Origin: a virus
Lineage: Duplodnaviria; Caudoviricetes
Virus record (IMG/VR): IMGVR_UViG_3300032136_000016
Location: 1 to 33,385 of that record
Direction: 5' to 3' (one strand)
DNA: 33,385 nt
Shown: one piece after another, positions 17,092 through 25,185 of the stretch
How the letters are laid out: the number at the start of each line of letters is the position of its first letter
Numbering within the stretch: the first letter of the stretch is position 1
Made by a program: the position numbers and the translations under genes
The notes under the pieces: model-generated
Database searches by the model: none
What the model saw: only the letters and a program-made list of their open reading frames with translations
What the model was told of the DNA's origin: nothing

Positions 17092-17715
17092 ATGTCCTAT
17101 TCTGATCTCCTGAGCGACATCAACAGTTGGCTGCAGAACCAGTCTGCCGAACTGACCGAAGAGCGCGACCAGATCATCGAGAACGCCCTGACGTTCATCG
17201 CCCGAGATCTGCCGATCCAGCCATTCCTTACGCAGGCGAGCGGCTCTTTCGTCATCGGGTCGCAGACCATTCTCAGAAGCACGCTCACGCGCCCGGTCGC
17301 TATTCGTGAATGGTCTTACCTAGATGCGAACAACAGATACGTCAAACTCTTCGTCAGGCAGGAGAGCTATTGTCGGACATTCTGGCCCGTCGAGGCGACG
17401 ACCGGCGACCCGCTGTTTTATTTCGTCGACACGGCGAACACATGGCGCGTTGTCCCGACGCCGCAGGCCACCTACACCTACACTCTGGAATACGTCCAGC
17501 GCCCGCAACTAGACAACACGGTCACAACGAACTGGCTGACAGAAAACGCCTACAAGCTGTTGCTGAACGGGTGCCTTGCCGAAGCGGCGCAATTTGTCCA
17601 GTCCGTAGACCAGAGGCCTGAACTCCTGCAGGCAGCGATGATGGAATACAAGACCGAGCTGGAACGCGTTCAGCGCGCTGAATTTGGCGTCGAGCTTGAC
17701 GCCCTGAAGGTCTGA
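17092..17715 (+). CDS. Tail tubular/adaptor protein (T7 gp11/P22 gp4-like position)
   Basis: MSYSDLLSDINSWL, GDPLFY, VVPTP...YTLEY, NWLTENAYKLLLNGCLAEA. Confidence 0.75.
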   Translation: MSYSDLLSDINSWLQNQSAELTEERDQIIENALTFIARDLPIQPFLTQASGSFVIGSQTILRSTLTRPVAIREWSYLDANNRYVKLFVRQESYCRTFWPVEATTGDPLFYFVDTANTWRVVPTPQATYTYTLEYVQRPQLDNTVTTNWLTENAYKLLLNGCLAEAAQFVQSVDQRPELLQAAMMEYKTELERVQRAEFGVELDALKV

Positions 17716-17716
17716 C

Positions 17717-20083
17717 ATGGGCAAGTTGACCCCGATCCCGTTCCAGCCAAACGTGGCGAAGGACGACGCCGACTACGCCGCGTCAGGGAGCGCTATAGAC
17801 AGCGACAAGATCCGGTGGGTCAGAGGATCCGCGCAGTCTCTCGGAGGATGGACAAGAGCCGGCACAGACGCGGTTGACGGCATCTGCCGTGGAGCGAGCG
17901 CCTATACGACATCCAACGGGGATACCTACGCGGTCCTCGGCACGCACAAAAAGGTGTACGTCTTCGACGGCGTCCGCCTCTGGAACATTACCCCGATCCG
18001 CTCTTCAGCGGCGCTTGGCACTGACCCGTTCACGACAACGGCTGGTGGCGGCGCCGGGCAGACAGTCTCAGTCAGCGTCGCCCACACGGCTCATGGCGCG
18101 ATCTCAGGCGACACAGTCTACTACACGGGTGCGAGCACGTTCGACAACGTGACCATCGGCGGCGGGAGCGGGACGCTTGGGAGCAACCCGTTCGGCACGA
18201 CTGAGAACAGCCGCCTCGTCGTGGTCACTCATACGTCTCACGGGCTCTCGACGGGAGATATCGCGTATTTCACGGGCGCAAGTGCTGTCGGCGGGATTAC
18301 CGTCGGCGGATCTGGGTCTGGGTCATTCGGAGCGACGCCGTTCACGACGATTGAGGGCAGCGAGATCGTCACGATAACGCTTTCCTCTCACGGGCTGTTC
18401 ACCGGAGAGACGGTTACCATCGCGAGCGCATCTGCGGTCAACGGGATCACGTTAGACGGCGACTATACCGTCACCGTGGTCGACGCGAATACGTTCACCG
18501 TCGCCGCGTCAACTCAGGCGTCTGCTGATGGGTCTGGCGGCGGCAGCCCGACCTACGCTTACGAGCGGCCGTATTCTGTCTGGGTGATCGACGCAGATAG
18601 CTACCTGATCGAGCACCCAGCCGAAGCCACCAGTTCTGCCGACGGCGGCGGGGCCAGCGTGACTTATGAATATTGGACCGGGTACGCCATCACCGGCATT
18701 ACGGACGCTGACACATACACCATTGACGTAGTGGCGTCTGGGGCCCAATCCGGCGCCACCGGTGGGGGATCCAGCGTAGAGGCCCAATACGAGATCAATG
18801 TGGGTCTACAGGACGGCATCGGGGGCAAGGGCTTCGGCCTCGGCGGCTTCGGCCAAGGCGGCTTCGGCCTCAATGAGCCGGATGAGGAAATTACTCAGCC
18901 CCGTGTCTGGCACATCGACAATCGCGGCGACTACTCATACCAGAATCCGCTCGGCGGCACGATCTACGAGTGGACGGCCATCCTGTCGCGACGGTCCAAG
19001 ACGCTCGCGAATGCGCCGGCGAAAGTGCTCGGGATGCTGGTCACGAACGAGCAGTCAATCATGGCACTCGGCTGCACTTCGAATGAGGATGTCTTCCAGC
19101 CGAACCTGATCCGCTATTCTGACAGCACAAACGTTCAGATATGGACGCCGGGCCTGATCAATCTGGCCGGCGACATCATCCCGCTTGGAGACGGGTCGTT
19201 CCTCGTGACCGGCCGGAAGGCGCGGAACGGCGTCTTGGTATGGACCGACAGCGCTCTCAACGCAATCGGATACACCGGTCAGGTCGACCGCCTGTACGAG
19301 CCGACGCTGGTTGGCACCGGGTGCGGCGCTCTGGGGCCCAATGCTGTGATCGTCGACGATGGGGACGCGTATTGGCTCTCCCGCCAGAGATCCACGTTCA
19401 TTTATCGCGGGGGCGCTCCTGAGCATGCTAACAATCCAAACCGCCGCTGGTTTGAAGCCAAACTTGCGGCCGGTCAGGAATACAAGGTCTGGGGCAGTAT
19501 CGACAACCTGTATCACGGCGTCTTCTGGCTCTTCCCGACAAGTCAGCAGGGCGATTGCGACACATACTTCAGGTGGGACAGCGGCGAAGACCCGGCTGGG
19601 CGCCTCGGCTGGTCTGTCGGTACATTCGACCGAACGGCATGGCTTGATAACATTGTCCTCGACAAGCCAATTGCGGTGGACACCTCTGGCAAGGTATACT
19701 TCCACGAAGAAGGAAACGGCGACAGCGGCGATGTTTTGACGCGCTTCGTTGAGTTCGCTCCGATAAGCCTCGGAGACGGCGATATGTTGACGACGGTAAA
19801 ACGCATCGTCCTTGGGATGTTCACATCCGACACGTCGATCCCGAGCTTCATGGGTTCGCTTCACGTCACGCTGAAGCTGAAAGAATGGCCCACTTCCACG
19901 GAAACAACGCGAGGCCCATTCACGGTCTTGCCGGACGTCGTATACCCTGCGGCGAACAGCACTGTGATCGACAGCATGTGTCAGGCGCGGCAAATCGGTA
20001 TGAGGTTCGAAAGCTCCGGGAGCAATGATTTCTGGCGCCTCGCGAGCGTGCGCGCGGACCTCGGGCAGGGAACGGCGCGATGA
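17717..20083 (+). CDS. Tail nozzle/stabilisation protein (P22 gp10-like beta-propeller) with nested beta-domain insertion
   Basis: 788 aa; DKIRW...GGW, LGTHKKVY, IRYSD, LVWTDSAL, GCGALGPNA, WSVGTFDRTAWLD, ARQIGMRFES...WRL. Confidence 0.8.
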   Translation: MGKLTPIPFQPNVAKDDADYAASGSAIDSDKIRWVRGSAQSLGGWTRAGTDAVDGICRGASAYTTSNGDTYAVLGTHKKVYVFDGVRLWNITPIRSSAALGTDPFTTTAGGGAGQTVSVSVAHTAHGAISGDTVYYTGASTFDNVTIGGGSGTLGSNPFGTTENSRLVVVTHTSHGLSTGDIAYFTGASAVGGITVGGSGSGSFGATPFTTIEGSEIVTITLSSHGLFTGETVTIASASAVNGITLDGDYTVTVVDANTFTVAASTQASADGSGGGSPTYAYERPYSVWVIDADSYLIEHPAEATSSADGGGASVTYEYWTGYAITGITDADTYTIDVVASGAQSGATGGGSSVEAQYEINVGLQDGIGGKGFGLGGFGQGGFGLNEPDEEITQPRVWHIDNRGDYSYQNPLGGTIYEWTAILSRRSKTLANAPAKVLGMLVTNEQSIMALGCTSNEDVFQPNLIRYSDSTNVQIWTPGLINLAGDIIPLGDGSFLVTGRKARNGVLVWTDSALNAIGYTGQVDRLYEPTLVGTGCGALGPNAVIVDDGDAYWLSRQRSTFIYRGGAPEHANNPNRRWFEAKLAAGQEYKVWGSIDNLYHGVFWLFPTSQQGDCDTYFRWDSGEDPAGRLGWSVGTFDRTAWLDNIVLDKPIAVDTSGKVYFHEEGNGDSGDVLTRFVEFAPISLGDGDMLTTVKRIVLGMFTSDTSIPSFMGSLHVTLKLKEWPTSTETTRGPFTVLPDVVYPAANSTVIDSMCQARQIGMRFESSGSNDFWRLASVRADLGQGTAR

Positions 20084-20421
20084 TCACCCTCCCGCTCCCC
20101 CCGCAACCGCCGCAGACGGACGATGAACAGACGAACGACTATTATCGTCGGCTTGTGAAGTGGCAGGACGAGTTCGTGCGCGTCGTGGAGAGTGAGTTCA
20201 CTCGTATAGAGAGGAACTATGACAGCCAGCGGGACACCGTCAGCGTGCCGGGGGCATCGGTGGCGGAACTGACGCAGGCAAACCCGCGATACAAGCCGAC
20301 CACGCCGGCGAACGGTGGGACGCGTCTGGCTTATGCGACGGATGCGACTGGCGGGGCGAAACTGGTTTACGGAGACGGCGCTGCATGGCGCGAAGTTGAC
20401 GGCGGAGCGATAGTATCATGA
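20080..20421 (+). CDS. Small tail-associated protein
   Basis: 113 aa; ATGA overlaps at both ends; Pro-rich start, helix, and C-terminal YGDGAAW beta motif. Confidence 0.7.
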   Translation: MITLPLPPQPPQTDDEQTNDYYRRLVKWQDEFVRVVESEFTRIERNYDSQRDTVSVPGASVAELTQANPRYKPTTPANGGTRLAYATDATGGAKLVYGDGAAWREVDGGAIVS

Positions 20422-21104
20422 TGAGAAAAATGGGCGCCCTGCGTCAGCATCTCGGGCCGAAAGGCATCCCCAGTTTCAACGGTTCGGCCGGGGGCGGCGG
20501 CGGAAGCGGCGGCGGAAGCGGTGGCGGATCTTCGTCTGGTGACTTCGGGTTTGACGGTTCTTTCATGGGTTCCGGCTATGGATTTGGCGGATTCGGTTTC
20601 GGGCCCGGCGTCGCTACGGCGATTGGACAAGCTGTCGCTGAAGCGGCACACAACGCAGGTCTATCGGTTGATGATCCAATGGGCGCATACGGGGGTGACC
20701 CGTCGGCGTTCGGCGGCGGCGCGCAGGGTAACTCTGTCGGTCCTGCGTCCGAAGATTATCGCGCCCAGTTTGGCGTCAAGCCGGGGTCTGCGTATCTGAT
20801 CGCAAATCCGGATGTTGCGCGTGACCCGTATTTTGCAGCGAACCCGATGGAGCATTACCGCCGCCACGGACAGTCCGAGGGACGCTCTTGGGGCGCGCTT
20901 CCGCCCGGGATGCAGACGCCGGGGCCGAGCATGATACTGCGTCCGAATATGCCGCCCGGGATGCAGACGCCGGGGCCGAGCATGCTGCGTCCGAATATGC
21001 CGCCCGGGATGCAGACGCCGGGGCCGAGCATGATACTGCGTCCGAATATGTCACCCGGGGCGCTGCAGCAATACAACCGCCGCTTTGTGGATAACAGCCG
21101 ATGA
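20418..21104 (+). CDS. Gly/Pro-rich putative internal virion protein A
   Basis: ATGA-coupled at both ends; MGALRQHLGPKGIPSFNG, YLIANPDVA...HY...EGR, tandem repeat. Confidence 0.65.
   Translation: MMRKMGALRQHLGPKGIPSFNGSAGGGGGSGGGSGGGSSSGDFGFDGSFMGSGYGFGGFGFGPGVATAIGQAVAEAAHNAGLSVDDPMGAYGGDPSAFGGGAQGNSVGPASEDYRAQFGVKPGSAYLIANPDVARDPYFAANPMEHYRRHGQSEGRSWGALPPGMQTPGPSMILRPNMPPGMQTPGPSMLRPNMPPGMQTPGPSMILRPNMSPGALQQYNRRFVDNSR
20901..21050 (+). repeat. Three near-perfect tandem repeats (51, 48, 51 bp) encoding PPGMQTPGPSM(I)LRPNM
   Basis: Units start at 20901, 20952 and 21000 and are identical except for a 3-bp ATA deletion in copy 2. Confidence 0.95.
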
Positions 21105-22582
21105 ACATCAGCAACATGGGCGCGCTGCGCCGCGTCACCGGTAAAACAGAGCCAATCCCTAACGGCCCTGATGGCAGCCGCCAGTCGGTCGAGAAGGTGA
21201 ATGCTCCGCTGATGTTCAACAGCAAGCCGGGCAAGACAGCCTATCTCGTCTATAACACCCCGGAGGAGATGGCTCTCCTGCGGTCCTACGGTCTCGGTTA
21301 TAGCGAGGAAGGGTCTGGACCCCCGGTCGGAGGTGGAGCGCGCCAGCATATTGGCCCGCGTGGCGTGCCGAGTTTCAACGGCAACGGTGCGGCCGGTGGC
21401 GGTGATGATGGTCCCGGAGATGGCCCCGGCGGCCCGTGGTCTGAAGAGGATCAAACGCGTTCCGGAGACAGTGACGGCGGAACGTCAGCCACCCCGCCGA
21501 TGACGGCGGACGAGTATTTTCGCGCCGTCTACGGTCTCCACCCCGAGGCCGACCCGAACGCGTTCATGTTCGGCATGCAAGGGTATTATACGCCGCAGAG
21601 CTACGCGGACTATGCTCTCGCGTCGAGTGCGATCCCGCGCGGTGAGGGTCTGGGCTACCGGCCCATGCTCAACCAGTCTATCATATCCAACCTCGACCTT
21701 GACCCGTCGCAGATCAATGCCGGTCAGCGCGGTGGTCAGACTATTGCCGGTGCGACGGGGCGCGGCATGACGCTACAAGGCGCCATCGACGCGGCAGGAA
21801 AGCGGCCTCAATTCGAGCAGTTCATGGCCGAGGCGCCAGAGGGTCTGGCGAGCGGCAATGTCGACCGCTATTTGCAGAATTACCTGACCGCGTCCGGCGC
21901 GGAATCCGCTATGGCCCCGAACCAATTCGGCCGCTTTGGCGGGCGCGGGTACGGCGAGATGGTAGGCGAGACTGTGGCACCTCCGTCTTATTTCATGCCG
22001 GGCGGGCAGACACCGGGTCGGTATGAGCCAGACTATGCCGGAGCGCTCCAGCGCTCTCTCACCATGCGCCCAGAGTTTGAGGCTGACGAAGGCATCCTGT
22101 CGGCGGCGGAAGCATACCGTCAGGCGAACCCTGATGTCGCGCAGCACGAGTATTTCGGCTCGGATCCATACAACGCGCTGCACCATTATCTCCAGTTCGG
22201 CCGCGACGAGGGCCGGAACTGGGGAGGACAAATCCCGGGCGAGATCCTCGGGTTCGCTGATGGCGGCATGGTCGACATCGAGGCGATGGGCATCGAGGAA
22301 GTCCCGATGATGCCTCCGCCGCCCCCTCCGCCGCCGCCGACGTCCTCTGGGCCACTTCAACTCAGTGCCTCTTCTGGCGCTGTTGCGGGGGGCGGGAACG
22401 GCAGGTCCGACGACATCCCTGCGGTCTTGTCTGACGGGGAATACGTCATTCCGGCCGACGTCGTCGCTGCTATGGGTGACGGCAGCAACAGCGCCGGAGC
22501 GGACCAACTCGATGCCATTGTAGAACGCGTTCGTGCATCGTACGCATCAAGACTCGCCGGGCTTCCCGGACCACGGAGGTAA
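21101..22582 (+). CDS. Putative internal virion protein B
   Basis: 493 aa; YNTPEEMALL...GPRGVPSFNG, ANPDVA motif, FADGG, poly-Pro, C-terminal GGGNGRSDDIPAVLSDGEYVIPADVV motif typical of virion/tape-measure-type proteins. Confidence 0.7.
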   Translation: MNISNMGALRRVTGKTEPIPNGPDGSRQSVEKVNAPLMFNSKPGKTAYLVYNTPEEMALLRSYGLGYSEEGSGPPVGGGARQHIGPRGVPSFNGNGAAGGGDDGPGDGPGGPWSEEDQTRSGDSDGGTSATPPMTADEYFRAVYGLHPEADPNAFMFGMQGYYTPQSYADYALASSAIPRGEGLGYRPMLNQSIISNLDLDPSQINAGQRGGQTIAGATGRGMTLQGAIDAAGKRPQFEQFMAEAPEGLASGNVDRYLQNYLTASGAESAMAPNQFGRFGGRGYGEMVGETVAPPSYFMPGGQTPGRYEPDYAGALQRSLTMRPEFEADEGILSAAEAYRQANPDVAQHEYFGSDPYNALHHYLQFGRDEGRNWGGQIPGEILGFADGGMVDIEAMGIEEVPMMPPPPPPPPPTSSGPLQLSASSGAVAGGGNGRSDDIPAVLSDGEYVIPADVVAAMGDGSNSAGADQLDAIVERVRASYASRLAGLPGPRR

Positions 22583-22584
22583 AT

Positions 22585-22923
22585 ATGGGATTTCTCAGCG
22601 GCCTGTTCGGCTCAGGCAACCAAACCGTTACGTCGACCCCGACATATGCCCCGCAGTTTCAGCCCCTCGCCGATCTGATCGGCGGCATCTCCCCGGGCCT
22701 TGTCCATCGGCCATTTATCCCGTATCTTGGCATGCGTCGGCCCATGCTATCGCCGTTGCAGCAGATGGCGATTGGGCGCGCATATGAAGCCGGAACCGCG
22801 ACGGACGCGCCTGTATACAGCCCGATGGGTCGGCGGACTTCCTACACAGGACAGAACAGCTATAACCCTGTGCCGCAGAGCCAGTTCTCGCGCGGCGGCC
22901 TCGCACACCTGCGGCGCTATTAG
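22585..22923 (+). CDS. Putative ejection (pilot-like) protein, small
   Basis: GGAGGT RBS; MGFLSGLFGSG amphipathic start; SPLQQMA; C-terminal FSRGGLAHL. Confidence 0.65.
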   Translation: MGFLSGLFGSGNQTVTSTPTYAPQFQPLADLIGGISPGLVHRPFIPYLGMRRPMLSPLQQMAIGRAYEAGTATDAPVYSPMGRRTSYTGQNSYNPVPQSQFSRGGLAHLRRY

Positions 22924-22932
22924 GAGACACCC

Positions 22933-25182
22933 ATGGGACGCCCGATGCTGACCCTAGACGATCAATACTACAACGACGTCAAGGGCATCTCGACGGACGC
23001 CATGCGCGGCTCGATGGGCGCCCAGCAGGCGGCCCGCAAGGCTGTTACCGGGGCCGAGATCCAAGAGCGTATGAACCCGTACCTTGAGCAGGTTCTCGGG
23101 CGTCAGGTGGAGGATACCAACGAGCGCAACCGCATCGAGGCGGCGCGCCGGGCGGCGCAGCGCGGCGGCATGCGCGCTTTCGGGACGCGCGGCGCCATCG
23201 GAGAGGCCATCGCTCGCGACCTTGAGCAAGAACGCCTCGATACCATGACGGCGGGACTTCGCTTCCAAGGGTTCGAGAGCGCTCAAAATCAGGTCAATAC
23301 AGAGCGCAACCGTGACCTGTCGGTCGGTCAGGGCCTCTCTGGATTGGGGCTTGGCGCCGGCAATATCACGACAAACCTTCAGCAGATCGGACAGCGCGAG
23401 CGTGAGCTGGTAAACCAGTTCGAGAACGACGCATTGCGCCGTGAAGCCGAACGCTTCAACCTGTTGAGCACGGCCGGCGGTCTGCAGCAGGGGGCGATGG
23501 AAGGGCAGATCCAAGACAGCATATCGCTCTATAACGAGCTGCAGGGAGCGCCGTATAATCAGGCGTCATTCGGGAACCAGATCCTGACAGGTCAGCAGGG
23601 GACGGTCCAGACGGCCCCGACCGGCAGCAACCCGTTCTCTCAGATTCTCGGGCTCGGCGCCACGATTGCCGGGCTCGGTGTGTCTGGTGGTGGGACTGTC
23701 GGCGGAAACCTGATATCCGGCATGTTCGCCAACGGCGGCCGCGTCGGAGCGCTACGCATGGCGAACGGCGGATCCGCCACTCTGGCCGCACCGTCTGCCG
23801 GCAGCTCTCTGATGTATGCCACTGACGCGGAACTGGCTTACCTCGCGGACAATTTGCAAGACCCGGCATACTCCGGCATGGTCCTCGCCGAGATGGCGCG
23901 CCGTGAGGCCGGAGGTGACCGTGTCGGCATGACGCAAGCGGAAATGGGCGCGGTCGAAGGCGCCAACACCGGGAAGACGGAAAGCGCATTTGAAGACGCT
24001 GTGAGCCTGCTGCAGCCGTCGTCGCCCGTTGCTCCGGCCGCCGCTTCTGCGCCTGCTATGCCCGCCCCCACTCCGGTTGGGCGCGGCCCTCTGGCTGACA
24101 TTGCCGAGGCCCTTCCTCCGGCACGGCCAGAGCCTGTTGCCCCGGCCGCCTCGGCGCAGCCGCGTGGCGCCATCGCCGCCGCCTCCGCCGCCGCAACGCC
24201 GTCCGTGCAGGGCGCGGTGGAGAGCAAGCCGGGCATGTGGCAGAGCCTGTTGACGGATCTGACTACAGTTGACCCGCTCACTGGCAAATCGCCGCTCTAC
24301 TCATTCGGCGTCAACATGCTTGCCGCAAGCGCCAACCCGGACCCGGGGCGCGGCCTGTTCGGGAACGTCGGCCTGTCCCTGAAGGCTATGGACGAGGAGC
24401 GGAAGGCGCGCAGGCAAGAGATCCTCGACGCGCGGCTGAAGGCTGCCGCTATCGACGCGAAGTCGCGGAGCGGCAACAAGGCGACCGGCCTAGTTGCAAG
24501 GTTCACTGACGGAACGACGCAGTCCGTCCTGCGAGACAGCGACGGTGACTATGTCTATCGCGGCGGGAACAAGGAATATCTGGCTGACATCCAGTCTGGC
24601 GGGGAAGAAGTGCGTGTAGCGCGCCCGCAAGAATTGCCGGCGAGCGCGGTGGCGCAAGAGGCCGCTATCGGCGCTTCTGCCGAGGCAGACGTCGAAAAGA
24701 TCAATAAACTTGAGGCTCGCATCGACGCCTTGAGCGATGCGGATCTAGGGATCGTCGGTGGCGCTCGTAAAAGCGCCAGCTCTGCCGTGGGTATGCTCGG
24801 CGATCTGTTTACCTTGGCCGGCATCCCGACCGAGCAAATTTCCGCAGTTCAGAAGAAGATCGGCGATCCGGAAAATTTGCGCACCCTTGAAGTTCTTGAG
24901 GACGGCATCTACGAGATGATTGTCTCCCAGAGGCGCGAGGCCAGAGGGCGAGCACCGACGACTGAAGACCAAAAAGCAATCCGAAAGCTGGTTTCGCTTC
25001 AGGGAATGACTGATGCAGCGAGCGTTCGTGCGCGCCTGAGCGAAATCATGGACGGCCTTAGAGGTGGCGCCTACAAGCAAATGGAGCTCTCTGAGATACG
25101 CGGCGGCCTTGCTGGTTCTGGTGCCGCGCCAGATGAACAGTCGGATGAAGTGATCGAGCTTGAGCCGATCATTGCGGAGTAA
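22933..25182 (+). CDS. Putative DNA ejection/internal virion protein
   Basis: 749 aa; MNPYLEQV...AFGTRGAI, Q/G/A-rich helices, Gly-rich hydrophobic ILGLGATIAGLG segment, FANGG/MANGG; AGGAG RBS. Confidence 0.7.
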   Translation: MGRPMLTLDDQYYNDVKGISTDAMRGSMGAQQAARKAVTGAEIQERMNPYLEQVLGRQVEDTNERNRIEAARRAAQRGGMRAFGTRGAIGEAIARDLEQERLDTMTAGLRFQGFESAQNQVNTERNRDLSVGQGLSGLGLGAGNITTNLQQIGQRERELVNQFENDALRREAERFNLLSTAGGLQQGAMEGQIQDSISLYNELQGAPYNQASFGNQILTGQQGTVQTAPTGSNPFSQILGLGATIAGLGVSGGGTVGGNLISGMFANGGRVGALRMANGGSATLAAPSAGSSLMYATDAELAYLADNLQDPAYSGMVLAEMARREAGGDRVGMTQAEMGAVEGANTGKTESAFEDAVSLLQPSSPVAPAAASAPAMPAPTPVGRGPLADIAEALPPARPEPVAPAASAQPRGAIAAASAAATPSVQGAVESKPGMWQSLLTDLTTVDPLTGKSPLYSFGVNMLAASANPDPGRGLFGNVGLSLKAMDEERKARRQEILDARLKAAAIDAKSRSGNKATGLVARFTDGTTQSVLRDSDGDYVYRGGNKEYLADIQSGGEEVRVARPQELPASAVAQEAAIGASAEADVEKINKLEARIDALSDADLGIVGGARKSASSAVGMLGDLFTLAGIPTEQISAVQKKIGDPENLRTLEVLEDGIYEMIVSQRREARGRAPTTEDQKAIRKLVSLQGMTDAASVRARLSEIMDGLRGGAYKQMELSEIRGGLAGSGAAPDEQSDEVIELEPIIAE

Positions 25183-25185
25183 ATC

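Noticed and set aside
20901-21050. CRISPR-like array
   Set aside because: Repeats are head-to-tail with no unique spacers, lie in frame inside a CDS, and no cas genes are present.
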